Source: Bdellovibrionales bacterium (GTDB taxonomy: Bacteria > Bdellovibrionota > Bdellovibrionia > Bdellovibrionales > DASUEL01). Taken from it: DNA of 53,677 nt. The stretch covers positions 1-53,677 of the forward strand of contig JBFWOZ010000019.1 in NCBI GenBank assembly GCA_050250255.1. Reading direction: 5' to 3'. Shown here piece by piece: positions 38,244 through 47,443 of the stretch. Below the pieces are notes generated by a model. It saw nothing but the letters and a program-made list of their open reading frames with translations. It did not search any database and had not been told where the DNA came from. The position numbers and the translations under genes were made by a program. How positions within the stretch are numbered: position 1 is the first letter of the stretch; every line of letters begins with the position of its first letter.

Positions 38244-39284
38244 TTAGTCGGCTTTGAGAGGCCCCACCTCTTTGGCATCTTGTTCCGCATCTTCGTCGTA
38301 AGTTTTCTTCAACTTATCCAAAACGCGATTTTCAAGTTGTCGAGCTCTCTCACGTGTAATTCCATATTTATCGCCTATTTCTTGCAATGTCAGCGGAGAA
38401 TCCGAGAGAAGCCTGTTTTCTAAAATAAATTGCTCTTTGTCGTTCAGTCGATGACGAATCTCTTCGATTTTTTCTTTTAAGATTCCCATTTCTTCTTCAT
38501 GCTCTAACACTTCGTCTGCGGTCGCGACTTCAACACCTGTTTGTAAATCCATTAGCGTACTTTTTGATTCAGAATCCAAAGGTTGGTCTAGACTTACGTC
38601 CCGGTGAGACATGCGTTGTTCCATCGAATCAATTTCTTCTTCTGAAATACCAAGCTTAGAGCTTAAAAGTTTTATGCCCGCATCTCTTCCTAATGACTCG
38701 AGCTTTTGTTTTTCTTGCTGGAGTTGGTAGAAGAGTTTTCGCTGATTTTGCGTCGTACCCATACGAACGAGAGAGTATTGGCGCATGAGATATTCCTGAA
38801 TATAGCCGCGTATCCACCAGACAGCATAGGTGATCAGGCGCACGCCCTTGTAAGGATTGAACTCACGGACGGCATGCATGAGTCCCACGTTACCCTCTTG
38901 TACCAAGTCGATCATTTTAGCGCCGAACTTAGAATACTCTGCGGCAATTTTCACGACGAACCGCAAGTTGGCGGTCACCAGTTTTTCAGCAGCTTTTGGA
39001 TCTTTTGTTTCGACGTAACGTTTAGCCCAGATCTGTTCTTCTTCTTTTGTCAGAAGAGGATACTTACGAACTTCCGCTAGGTAGAGAGCCATGGGATCAG
39101 AAATGGTGAGAGATTTTCCATCACCAATCGCGGCGCTCATGGCTTTAATGGATTTTTTTTTGGCGGTCTTTTTTGGGCGCACCTCTAGAACAGGCTCGAT
39201 GGAACCATCATTTATTTCCAGAGCGGAATCATCCGCAGGAACAACTTCAGGTATAAGAACTTTTTTTTTCGTTTTTTTTGCCAT
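38244..39284 (-). CDS. rpoH: RNA polymerase sigma32 factor RpoH
   Basis: LVTANLRFVVKIA, DLVQEGNVGL, TYAVWWIR, RpoH box QRKLFYQL and ITRERARQLE. Confidence 0.9.
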   Translation of the reverse strand: MAKKTKKKVLIPEVVPADDSALEINDGSIEPVLEVRPKKTAKKKSIKAMSAAIGDGKSLTISDPMALYLAEVRKYPLLTKEEEQIWAKRYVETKDPKAAEKLVTANLRFVVKIAAEYSKFGAKMIDLVQEGNVGLMHAVREFNPYKGVRLITYAVWWIRGYIQEYLMRQYSLVRMGTTQNQRKLFYQLQQEKQKLESLGRDAGIKLLSSKLGISEEEIDSMEQRMSHRDVSLDQPLDSESKSTLMDLQTGVEVATADEVLEHEEEMGILKEKIEEIRHRLNDKEQFILENRLLSDSPLTLQEIGDKYGITRERARQLENRVLDKLKKTYDEDAEQDAKEVGPLKAD

Positions 39285-39300
39285 AGTTTGAGACCAAAAT

Positions 39301-39603
39301 CTAAACTATAGAGTCTAACTTCTGTCCTAGAGTTTTTTCCACAAATCCCTTAAACGGGGTGAGTAAAAGTGGAAGCTGAACCTCTAAAGAAACCGAAGTT
39401 TTGCCCGAAACTGATTTAATCGACATCTTTGCGTCGAACTTTCCGCCCTTGGCTTGGCCGGTCATAGAGCCTTCATCAAATTGACACTTATAGTTAGGGT
39501 CTAATTTGCGAAGATCCTTATCATCGGAAAGCATATTTTTGATCTTTTCGAAGAGATCTTTAGGAGCTAATTCAGAACTTCTTTCAATAACGACTTTTGG
39601 CAT
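39301..39603 (-). CDS. Small hypothetical protein (polyhydroxyalkanoic-acid-system protein family-like)
   Basis: Likely true start at ATG 39603 (MPKVVIER...LPLLLTPFKGFVEKTL). The longer track ORF runs antisense into hisS. Confidence 0.7.
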   Translation of the reverse strand: MPKVVIERSSELAPKDLFEKIKNMLSDDKDLRKLDPNYKCQFDEGSMTGQAKGGKFDAKMSIKSVSGKTSVSLEVQLPLLLTPFKGFVEKTLGQKLDSIV

Positions 39604-39642
39604 AGTTGATCTACTTTGACTGTTTAACGGGGGCGTGTCAAG

Positions 39643-40911
39643 GTGAGCATCATGTTGGTTAAATCCCTTCGAGGCATGAACGATGTGGGTGAACCAGAAA
39701 TTCACCTTCAACATCACATAGAAAAAATCGTCCGTGAAATCTACGAACTTACGGGTTTTCACGAGGTACGTACTCCGATGCTGGAGTCGACCGCCCTCTT
39801 CCATCGCGGAGTGGGGGACACGACCGACATCGTCGAAAAAGAAATGTACACTTTCAATGATCGTAATGGTGACAGCATCAGCCTTCGCCCCGAGGGAACA
39901 GCGTCCATCGTACGCGCCACTCTCGAGCATAATTGGCTTAACATATCGCCAACTCTTAAAATTTATTACGTTGGTCCGATGTTTCGTCACGAGCGTCCAC
40001 AAAAAGGCCGTTACCGTCAGCACACACAATTTGGAATGGAAGTTTTCGGCGTTGAAGGCCCGTGGGCTGACGTCGAAATCATGGCAACGCAATATTGGGT
40101 TTTTGAAAAACTCGGACTTCTCAAAGACATCACTTTAAAATTATCTAGCCTTGGCTGCAAAGAGTGTCGTCCTCAGTATCGCGAAGTTTTGTTAAAAGTT
40201 TTGCGCCCTAAAGCTTCAGAACTTTGTCCTGACTGTCAGAGGCGACTTGAAAAAAATCCGCTTCGTGTTTTCGACTGTAAAGTGGAAACCTGCAAAAAAA
40301 TCGCGCAAACACTTCCAACGATGCTCGATCATCTCTGCGAACCTTGTACGACTCACTTCAGCGGTGTTCAGTCTGGATTAAAACAACTTAAAATGAATTT
40401 TGAAGTCGATCCTAAAATCGTTCGCGGAATCGACTACTACACGCGCACCTCTTTTGAATTCGTCACGAGTCAAATCGGTGCCCAAGGTACGGTTTGCGGC
40501 GGCGGTCGCTACGATCAGCTCGTCGAACAACTCGGTGGACCATCGACTCCCGGCGTAGGTTGCGGAATGGGACTTGAGCGACTCACTATGCTTCTTGAAA
40601 GTAAAATTGCCGAACATCAACCGAGGGCCCAAGTTTTTTTCGCGGTACCAGATCCTGAGGCGAAGGCCACCGCCTATGAACTTTGCTTTCAGTTGCGACA
40701 AGCGGGTCTTCGCGCCGAGATTGATTTGAGTGATCGTTCGATGAAATCGCAATTCAAAAGAGCCGACAAAATGGGTGTCCCTTTTTGTGCGATCTTAGGT
40801 GGAAATGAATTAGCAAAAAAAGTCGTTTTATTAAAAAACATGAAAGAGCGCACAGAGGAAGAAGTTCCTCTCGCTGATCTCGAAAAGACGTTAAAGACAA
40901 AATTGGGGTAA
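39643..40911 (+). CDS. hisS: Histidine--tRNA ligase
   Basis: LRPEGTA, FRHERPQKGRYRQ, VRGIDYY and GGGRYD. Confidence 0.97.
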   Translation: MSIMLVKSLRGMNDVGEPEIHLQHHIEKIVREIYELTGFHEVRTPMLESTALFHRGVGDTTDIVEKEMYTFNDRNGDSISLRPEGTASIVRATLEHNWLNISPTLKIYYVGPMFRHERPQKGRYRQHTQFGMEVFGVEGPWADVEIMATQYWVFEKLGLLKDITLKLSSLGCKECRPQYREVLLKVLRPKASELCPDCQRRLEKNPLRVFDCKVETCKKIAQTLPTMLDHLCEPCTTHFSGVQSGLKQLKMNFEVDPKIVRGIDYYTRTSFEFVTSQIGAQGTVCGGGRYDQLVEQLGGPSTPGVGCGMGLERLTMLLESKIAEHQPRAQVFFAVPDPEAKATAYELCFQLRQAGLRAEIDLSDRSMKSQFKRADKMGVPFCAILGGNELAKKVVLLKNMKERTEEEVPLADLEKTLKTKLG

Positions 40912-40917
40912 AGGTTT

Positions 40918-42732
40918 ATGAGTTTCGTTTCGAAAATCAAAAGAACTCACTACTGTGGCGATTTATCAGCTCTCACTCAAGGACAAGAAGTTGTTCTTAT
41001 GGGTTGGGTTGCGAACCGTCGTGATCACGGCGGACTTATCTTCGTAGATCTTCGTGATCGCACTGGCATTTGCCAAGTAGTATTAAATCCGAATGATGCT
41101 GGAACAAAAAAATCAAAAGACTTCCGTAACGAATTTGTCGTGGCTCTTAAAGGTCGAGTGCGTCTTCGTCCCGAAGGCATGAAAAATACAAAACTCAAAA
41201 CCGGTGAGATCGAAGTAGAAGCTCTAGAGTGCGATATTCTTTCCGAAGCGGCAACACCTCCTTTCCAGATCTCTGACGAAAATGTCGGTGAAGTGCTTCG
41301 CTTAAAATATCGCTATTTGGATTTACGAACCGACCGACTTCAAAAACATCTCAAAATTCGTCATGAGTTCTGCCAAGTGATTCGCGAAACTTTAAGTGGC
41401 ATGGGATTTCTCGAAATCGAAACTCCGATTCTCTATAAGAGTACTCCAGAAGGTGCGCGAGATTATCTTGTTCCTTCACGAGTGCACCCAGGACAATTTT
41501 TTGCACTTCCACAAAGTCCACAAACTTTAAAGCAGCTTTTAATGATCGCAGGTTACGACCGTTATTTCCAAATCGCTCGCTGTTTCCGTGACGAAGATTT
41601 GCGCGCGGATCGCCAGCCTGAATTCACTCAAGTCGATATCGAGATGAGTTTCGTCGATGTCGATGACGTCTTGGCCGTGAACGAAAAGCTCGTGCAGACA
41701 GCTTGGAAGAGAATTAAAAATTATGACGTTGGACCTATTCCTCGCATCACGTATGCAGAGGCGATGAACAAATATGGTACAGACAAACCCGATCTCCGTT
41801 TTGGCTTAGAGCTTCAAGATCTTTCTGAAGTGCTAAAGGGTTCTGGCATTCGTATATTTGAAGACGTGCTTGCTAAAAATGGCGCCGTAAAAGGTTTCCG
41901 TGTTCCAAAGGCGGGAGACTTCTCGCGCGCACAACTCGATAAACTCACCGACAAAGCGAAAGAAGCGGGTGCTAAGGGTCTCATGTGGATCAAGACCGAT
42001 GCTTCCGGGAAATACAATTCTCCTATTTCCAAATTAATGGATGAGGCGAAGCTTGCGCAGATTTATAAAGCTCTTGGATGCGAAAGCGGAGATCTCGCAC
42101 TCATTTCCGCCGACGAATATGACAAAGCTTGCACAATTTTAGGAACACTCCGCACTCATCTTGGTCATGAATTAAAATTGGTTCAACCAGGCGTTTACAA
42201 ATTCGTATGGATCGTCGACTTCCCACTTTTCGAGTACGACCCAGAAGGAAAACGCTGGATGGCTCGCCATCACCCGTTCACTTCACCAAAAGACGAAGCA
42301 TTTGACGATCTCGTGAAGGGGAATGAAGCGAACTACGGCCCTCTCCTGGCGAAAGCCTACGACCTTGCGGTGAATGGTCATGAACTTATGGGTGGAAGTA
42401 TTCGTATTCATCGCAATGATGTTCAACAGGCGATGTTCAAATCTTTGGGTCTTACAAAAGAAGAGACTGAGCTCAAATTTGGTTTCTTCCTTGAAGCCTT
42501 AAAATACGGCACACCTCCACACGGCGGGATCGCATGGGGAGTAGACCGAGCGGTCATGCTTCTCTGTGAAACCGAAAATATTCGTGAAGTGATCGCGTTT
42601 CCAAAAACGGCGAAAGCGGCCGACCTCATGGCCTCAGCTCCAAGCCCAGTGAGTCGCGATCAGCTCAACGAACTCGGCATCAAACTCAAAGAGTCTGTCG
42701 AGAGCTCGATCAATCGCGATTTAGAAGCTTAA
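40918..42732 (+). CDS. aspS: Aspartate--tRNA ligase (probably non-discriminating Asp/Asn)
   Basis: RRDHGG, STPEGARDYLVP, CFRDEDLRADRQPEFTQ and GTPPHGG. Confidence 0.97.
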   Translation: MSFVSKIKRTHYCGDLSALTQGQEVVLMGWVANRRDHGGLIFVDLRDRTGICQVVLNPNDAGTKKSKDFRNEFVVALKGRVRLRPEGMKNTKLKTGEIEVEALECDILSEAATPPFQISDENVGEVLRLKYRYLDLRTDRLQKHLKIRHEFCQVIRETLSGMGFLEIETPILYKSTPEGARDYLVPSRVHPGQFFALPQSPQTLKQLLMIAGYDRYFQIARCFRDEDLRADRQPEFTQVDIEMSFVDVDDVLAVNEKLVQTAWKRIKNYDVGPIPRITYAEAMNKYGTDKPDLRFGLELQDLSEVLKGSGIRIFEDVLAKNGAVKGFRVPKAGDFSRAQLDKLTDKAKEAGAKGLMWIKTDASGKYNSPISKLMDEAKLAQIYKALGCESGDLALISADEYDKACTILGTLRTHLGHELKLVQPGVYKFVWIVDFPLFEYDPEGKRWMARHHPFTSPKDEAFDDLVKGNEANYGPLLAKAYDLAVNGHELMGGSIRIHRNDVQQAMFKSLGLTKEETELKFGFFLEALKYGTPPHGGIAWGVDRAVMLLCETENIREVIAFPKTAKAADLMASAPSPVSRDQLNELGIKLKESVESSINRDLEA

Positions 42733-42740
42733 TCATTTTC

Positions 42741-42888
42741 TTAAGGCATAGGGCATGAGGCATATGTCAGAGGGATAGGGCAAAGGCAAATGATAGTGGG
42801 TTATGGACCCACTATCCCTTTTCCACTGCCATTTCCTTATGCCTTTTACATATGCCTTTTACATATGCCTCATGCCATATGCCTTTAA
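42741..42888. repeat. ~150-bp imperfect palindrome built from short GGCATA/TATGCC repeats
   Basis: ttaaggcatagggcatgaggcatatgt pairs with acatatgcctcatgccatatgcctttaa. Central gatagtgggt-tatgg-acccactatc hairpin. Confidence 0.8.
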
Positions 42889-42972
42889 GCCCAAGGTCCT
42901 GTTAAGAACTTCGCCAAAAATCCGAAGATTTATATGAAGCAGGATGCTTCGCAAAAAACACAGGAGTTGTTT

Positions 42973-43230
42973 ATGTTAGCTAAAATCAGTTCTATTCTTC
43001 CGAGTAGTCCTCGCATAACAAATGTTGATCTTTCCGTAGCACAGCCGATGAGAAGAGGTATGCCGACATTTGGTGTGCCGGTAGCTCCTGAATCAAATCC
43101 ACGTGCAGAATTCAAACATCTGCCAACAGAAGTGGCTTTAGATACAGGGACTTACAATAAAGCAGGCCAGATCTCGATGGAACCAACCATTGATGAATCT
43201 ATTGAAGCGTCATTGGATATAAAAATATAA
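42973..43230 (+). CDS. Small hypothetical protein
   Basis: ATG at 42973 with AGGAG RBS. A sigma28-like TTAA-N15-TCCGAAGA lies at 42902-42928. Confidence 0.6.
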   Translation: MLAKISSILPSSPRITNVDLSVAQPMRRGMPTFGVPVAPESNPRAEFKHLPTEVALDTGTYNKAGQISMEPTIDESIEASLDIKI

Positions 43231-43239
43231 GGATTTTGT

Positions 43240-43704
43240 ATGTCGATGCTCACTCGTTACAGAAAGCCAGGCGGTTTTGCTCAATTGGTCCTTCTTATTG
43301 AAGGATGTAATCAAAAAAAGCAGAAGCAACTTATGGATTTAATTCTAGTAGAAGACAAGAGTTGGCATCAGAAAATCCAGGATAATATTTTAACACGCGA
43401 AAAATTGCTCGCTCTCCCTCCAGAACTCACCAATGAGATTTTCAGTCGAGTTCCAGATAAAGTTTTAAGCTTCATCCTTCATTCGTTGACACCAGAACAG
43501 CGCGAGAAAGCTACGGCGACTCTCACTCATTTTAAGAAGAAAGCTCTTGAAGAGTTAATGGGTGGTGCAGCCCCATCTGTCGGAGACATTGAAGCAGCAT
43601 TTATGCATGTTTTTAAAAAAGTTCGCGACCTTGAAAAGGACGGAACAATTTCTTTTCTAAAATTGGCTCCAGCCCTCTCTCTTTCAGAAGACAAAGCGGC
43701 TTAA
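43240..43704 (+). CDS. Stand-alone FliG C-terminal-domain-like protein
   Basis: Resembles the FliG C domain (IQDNILTREKL...DIEAAFMHVFKKVRDLEKDGTI). Confidence 0.65.
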   Translation: MSMLTRYRKPGGFAQLVLLIEGCNQKKQKQLMDLILVEDKSWHQKIQDNILTREKLLALPPELTNEIFSRVPDKVLSFILHSLTPEQREKATATLTHFKKKALEELMGGAAPSVGDIEAAFMHVFKKVRDLEKDGTISFLKLAPALSLSEDKAA

Positions 43705-44795
43705 ATCATTTTTTCAAAAGTAAAACCGAACTCCTCGAGGCTTGTGATTTTATATACGCCCTGAAGTTGTCGTTTAGATTTCCTTTTTTCTGTAATTACA
43801 ACGTATTGAATGCTTGAGTGAATCATTTGGCGAATCGTCTGTGTGGGCCATTGAGGGGCACCAAGTTGTATAAGCATCTCAAGCCGAAGCAGAGCGTCCC
43901 TCGCAGTAGCGGCATGCAGAGTTCCCATGCTCCCTTCGTGCCCCGTTGAGAGAGCAAGGATTAAATCCTTTGCCTCCGCATCTCGAACTTCACCAATGAC
44001 CAATCGATCGGGTCTCATTCTTAAAGACTGTTTAATAAGATGTTGGAGCGTTATGTCCTGTAATGCACCATTCGCATCAAAACGAGTTTCGAGACGCAGG
44101 CTTAGGGAGTTCGGGAGTGACAGCTCTCGCGTATCTTCGAGGAGAATAGCTCTCTCGCTGTGTGAGATCTCTTTTAGAAGTGCATTTAAGATGGAAGTTT
44201 TTCCGGAACCGGTACTGCCAACAATGAGAATATTGGCCTTTTTTTGTACGAGACTTTTTAGGTAATTTTCTTGTTCTTCGTTGCACCATTCGTTCTCCTT
44301 CAATTCTTTGAGTGTCCAACCTTGGTGGTGATGTCGTCGTAAAGTAAGGCAGAGATGTTCTGTCACGGGTGAGGAAATCATCTGCACTCGAAAATCAAAG
44401 TAGCGCCCTGAGGCAAAGGGCTTTTCGAGATTAGGTTCGGAATTAATGTGATGGCTCAAACGACTTAAAAAAATCTGATAAGTTTTTGGAGTTAAAAAAA
44501 CCTGAGATAACTCCTGGAGTGAGCCATTTTTTTCAAACCAAATAGAATCATGGGAATTGATGATGATTTCCGTTACGAGATGATCATGAATAAGAGAAGA
44601 GAGTGGTCCCCATCCTAAATACTCCTCTTTCAGTTGTAGTTTTAATGCTTCAGGAGCTTGAGCAAGAGACTCTTCGATCACTGTCGTGACATCTTTGGAA
44701 AGGGAAGGATCTGTTCTTAAGGCAATCGAGATTTGCGAATTTTGGTCGATGGCCTCTTGCAATTTATCAAGCCACACATGTACTTCATTATTCAT
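43701..44795 (-). CDS. cpaF: CpaF/TadA pilus assembly ATPase
   Basis: EIIIN, GSTGSGKT, LEDTREL, LRMRPDRLVIGEVRD and TGHEGSMGTLHA. ATG at 44795. Confidence 0.9.
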   Translation of the reverse strand: MNNEVHVWLDKLQEAIDQNSQISIALRTDPSLSKDVTTVIEESLAQAPEALKLQLKEEYLGWGPLSSLIHDHLVTEIIINSHDSIWFEKNGSLQELSQVFLTPKTYQIFLSRLSHHINSEPNLEKPFASGRYFDFRVQMISSPVTEHLCLTLRRHHHQGWTLKELKENEWCNEEQENYLKSLVQKKANILIVGSTGSGKTSILNALLKEISHSERAILLEDTRELSLPNSLSLRLETRFDANGALQDITLQHLIKQSLRMRPDRLVIGEVRDAEAKDLILALSTGHEGSMGTLHAATARDALLRLEMLIQLGAPQWPTQTIRQMIHSSIQYVVITEKRKSKRQLQGVYKITSLEEFGFTFEKMI

Positions 44796-46101
44796 GTTGC
44801 CAGCCTTGAGGTATTTTGAGGGGCGAGCTCGTCGTATTCGTTCCAATGACCCGTGGAGTAACGAAGAAAACCAGCTCCGAGCGGTCTTCTAAGAAGTCGC
44901 GGCTTGAAAACAAGGCTCCTAAAATAGGGATTTGTGACAGAATCGGAAGTCCTTTTGTCATATTTTGTTTCTGGCTCTTTAAAAGCCCAGAGAGAGCCAA
45001 AGTGACTGGCTTTTCCAAATCGAAATGACTTTGAATACGGTTTGTATTGAGTGAAGGAAGATCCTCTACGGTCTGTGCAAAATTAATTGCAGAAACTTCC
45101 GTTTCGAGTTCAATACTCATGCGACCAGAAAGGTCGGCACGAGGTCTAATTTTAAGAAGTACCCCATGCTTCTTCCACACAACCCCGGCACTATCGTCCG
45201 TGTCTTTTTTACGACCACGTATTTTAATCGGAAACTCACCGCCGGCGAGGAATTCTGCCGATTTTCCGCTACGACAAAGAAGTTTCGGTGAGGCAAGGAC
45301 TTGCGCTTCTCCGTTTTCCTCTAAGGCATCAAGAGCCAATGAGAATGAACTCGCTGCTCGTAAGTGTGTAGGTGCCGTAACAATCTCTGCGGAATAACTA
45401 GAAGGCCAGCTCACCCCAAACTTTGTGAAGGCACGTTTTTGTAATTCAACCACTAAAATTTCAACTTCCACCATAGGTTCGAGAGCAAGAGTCGAAGGAT
45501 CTTTTACGACTTCTATGCCGTAAGGTTTTAAAAACTCTTGATACGCTTTAATGGTGGTTTCATTCGTCGTGCCCACAAATGCTTTTATTTTATCAAAAAA
45601 GTTCCAGCGAATGGGGGCGAGCTGATGATCACGGAGGAGTTGTTCGAAATAGCTCTGAGCTTTAATTTTTAATTCTTCACTCATTTTTGCGGCAATAAAA
45701 TATTCACCTGAAGTTTGCCGGTAAGTTTCCGCTAAATCTTCCCAATCTTTCCAGCGGAGAAGTTCGCCTAAAATCCATGTTTTTCCGTCTTGGATATTGA
45801 GTTTTAAACCCATCATTTTTTTAATTTTTGCTTCAAGGCCTTGCACGAGAAGCGCATTTGTCACCGTGTATACATAGACATGATGAATATGTTTTCCCAT
45901 CACGAGTGTCGATTGACCTAATTTAAGTCCCGTGATGCTGATTTTACTTCCAAGGTCTCGAATTTTAATCACCTGCGGATTCGTAGCGTGGATGCGAACT
46001 TGCGCTGGTGCCGGGATCTGTAGGGTTTGGCCTCTTGCGACGACAAAATCATCGGCCGAACTGAGAAGAGGAAAAAAAAGTATGAGAAGTGTTTTCATCA
46101 T
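44788..46101 (-). CDS. cpaC: CpaC/RcpA-type Tad secretin
   Basis: Signal peptide, LASPKL, AEFLAGGEFP and GLPILSQIPILGALFSS...SELVFFVTP. Confidence 0.88.
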   Translation of the reverse strand: MMKTLLILFFPLLSSADDFVVARGQTLQIPAPAQVRIHATNPQVIKIRDLGSKISITGLKLGQSTLVMGKHIHHVYVYTVTNALLVQGLEAKIKKMMGLKLNIQDGKTWILGELLRWKDWEDLAETYRQTSGEYFIAAKMSEELKIKAQSYFEQLLRDHQLAPIRWNFFDKIKAFVGTTNETTIKAYQEFLKPYGIEVVKDPSTLALEPMVEVEILVVELQKRAFTKFGVSWPSSYSAEIVTAPTHLRAASSFSLALDALEENGEAQVLASPKLLCRSGKSAEFLAGGEFPIKIRGRKKDTDDSAGVVWKKHGVLLKIRPRADLSGRMSIELETEVSAINFAQTVEDLPSLNTNRIQSHFDLEKPVTLALSGLLKSQKQNMTKGLPILSQIPILGALFSSRDFLEDRSELVFFVTPRVIGTNTTSSPLKIPQGWQHE

Positions 46102-46188
46102 AAAGTCACTTCTGCAAAAGAGAAAAAAATTTTAAAATGAAAAACTGAGGGACTCAGCGGAGCAAAGGCCGCCGGGCGGACGGACAGG

Positions 46189-47274
46189 CTAAATAGAGAA
46201 GCTGACAGTCGTTTCGCCGCTTGAGCTTTCGATCTCTAAGGCGCTTTCGTGAGCTTTGAGGAGTGCTTGTGACAAGCTAAGTCCGAGGCCTAAACCTTTT
46301 GAGTGGTTCATGATGTTTTCGTCCAAAGAAAAGGGCTTAAGAATTTTTTGAATGGCTTCTTTTGTAATGGGTTTACCAATATTTTCGATACTGAAATTTA
46401 CTTGTTCTTTTTTCTCTACGCAGGAAATTTTGATCGTGCTCTTCTCATCTCCAAATTTAATAGCATTGTGAAGAAGTCTTTTTAGGACATTTTGAATAAT
46501 CTTGCGATCAACGGAAACATTAAAGTCGTCACATTTCACTTTTATTTTTTGCTCTTTAGCTTCGGCAAGCCCCTTGAGCTCTTCTACGGTGGCGTCTAAT
46601 AAAACTTGGGGGTTCGTTTTACTTTTATTTACCGCCAATCTTCCTGTTTCAGCTGACACTAATTCTAATACATCAAAAATAATTTCTTTGAGACGACCAG
46701 CGCTGAGACTGATGCGATCAAGATATTTTTTTTGCTCGGCATCGAGTTTTGTTTCGCCTACCAGTTCCAAAAAACTTAAGAGAGTCGTTAGGGGAGTTTT
46801 GAGTTCATGATTGATAAGAATCATGAATTGATCTTTGGCTGTATCAAGAGTTTTGAGTTCTTCTAATGCCTGAGTGAGAGCCACGTTTTTTTCTTTGAGC
46901 TGCTCGGTCATTTCATAACGTTCGATGGCGCGGTCTACGGCGGCGGCGAGGTCGCGGGGATCCCAAGGTTTGGTGACGTAGCGATAAATTTGTCCTGTGT
47001 TAATGGCAGAGATCACAGACTCAATGTCGGTGAAGCCGGTGAGAAGCATGCGTATGGCTTGAGGACGCACGTGAATCGATTTTTCCAGAAACTCCACGCC
47101 CGTCATCTCGGGCATGCGTTGATCGCTAATGATGAGAGAGACCTCTTCTTCTTTTAAGATTTTAAGGGCCTCTTTGCCGGAGGTGGTTTTTAAGATGCGA
47201 TACTTTTTTCGAAAGAGACGCTCAATAGTATCTAAAATGTCTGATTCATCGTCGACGCAAAGAATAGTGTGCAT
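46189..47274 (-). CDS. Cytoplasmic hybrid response regulator/histidine kinase (REC-HisKA-HATPase)
   Basis: CVDDE, ISDQRMP, KPWD, NHELKTPL, HNAIKF and GLGLGL. Confidence 0.9.
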   Translation of the reverse strand: MHTILCVDDESDILDTIERLFRKKYRILKTTSGKEALKILKEEEVSLIISDQRMPEMTGVEFLEKSIHVRPQAIRMLLTGFTDIESVISAINTGQIYRYVTKPWDPRDLAAAVDRAIERYEMTEQLKEKNVALTQALEELKTLDTAKDQFMILINHELKTPLTTLLSFLELVGETKLDAEQKKYLDRISLSAGRLKEIIFDVLELVSAETGRLAVNKSKTNPQVLLDATVEELKGLAEAKEQKIKVKCDDFNVSVDRKIIQNVLKRLLHNAIKFGDEKSTIKISCVEKKEQVNFSIENIGKPITKEAIQKILKPFSLDENIMNHSKGLGLGLSLSQALLKAHESALEIESSSGETTVSFSI

Positions 47275-47378
47275 TCCTCTATCTTAAAAATAAGCTCTTG
47301 GTCGTGCAATGGTGGTTAGGTCGAGGTAGGGAGATACAAAGATAACTAGACCTCTGTCGTGTTCAAATCACCTTGAGT

Positions 47379-47405
47379 CAAGTTTTAGAAAGGCCTGGTC
47401 GATGA
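47379..47405 (+). promoter_or_regulatory. Possible sigma28 promoter
   Basis: (T)CAAG-N15-GTCGATGA, about 40 bp upstream of the ATG at 47444. Confidence 0.45.
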
Positions 47406-47443
47406 GAATCTAGGAGTTCCACATGGTAACAGGAGTCTTCAAG

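Noticed and set aside
39604..40092. N-terminal extension of the 263-aa track ORF
   Set aside because: Antisense to hisS. The plausible protein starts at ATG 39603.
46140..46188. GC-rich stretch containing GCAAA upstream of cpaC, considered as a c-di-GMP riboswitch
   Set aside because: Too short, in the wrong orientation for the motif, and without the second stem. More likely a weak terminator (ctgag-tcc-ctcag-T-tract on the minus strand).
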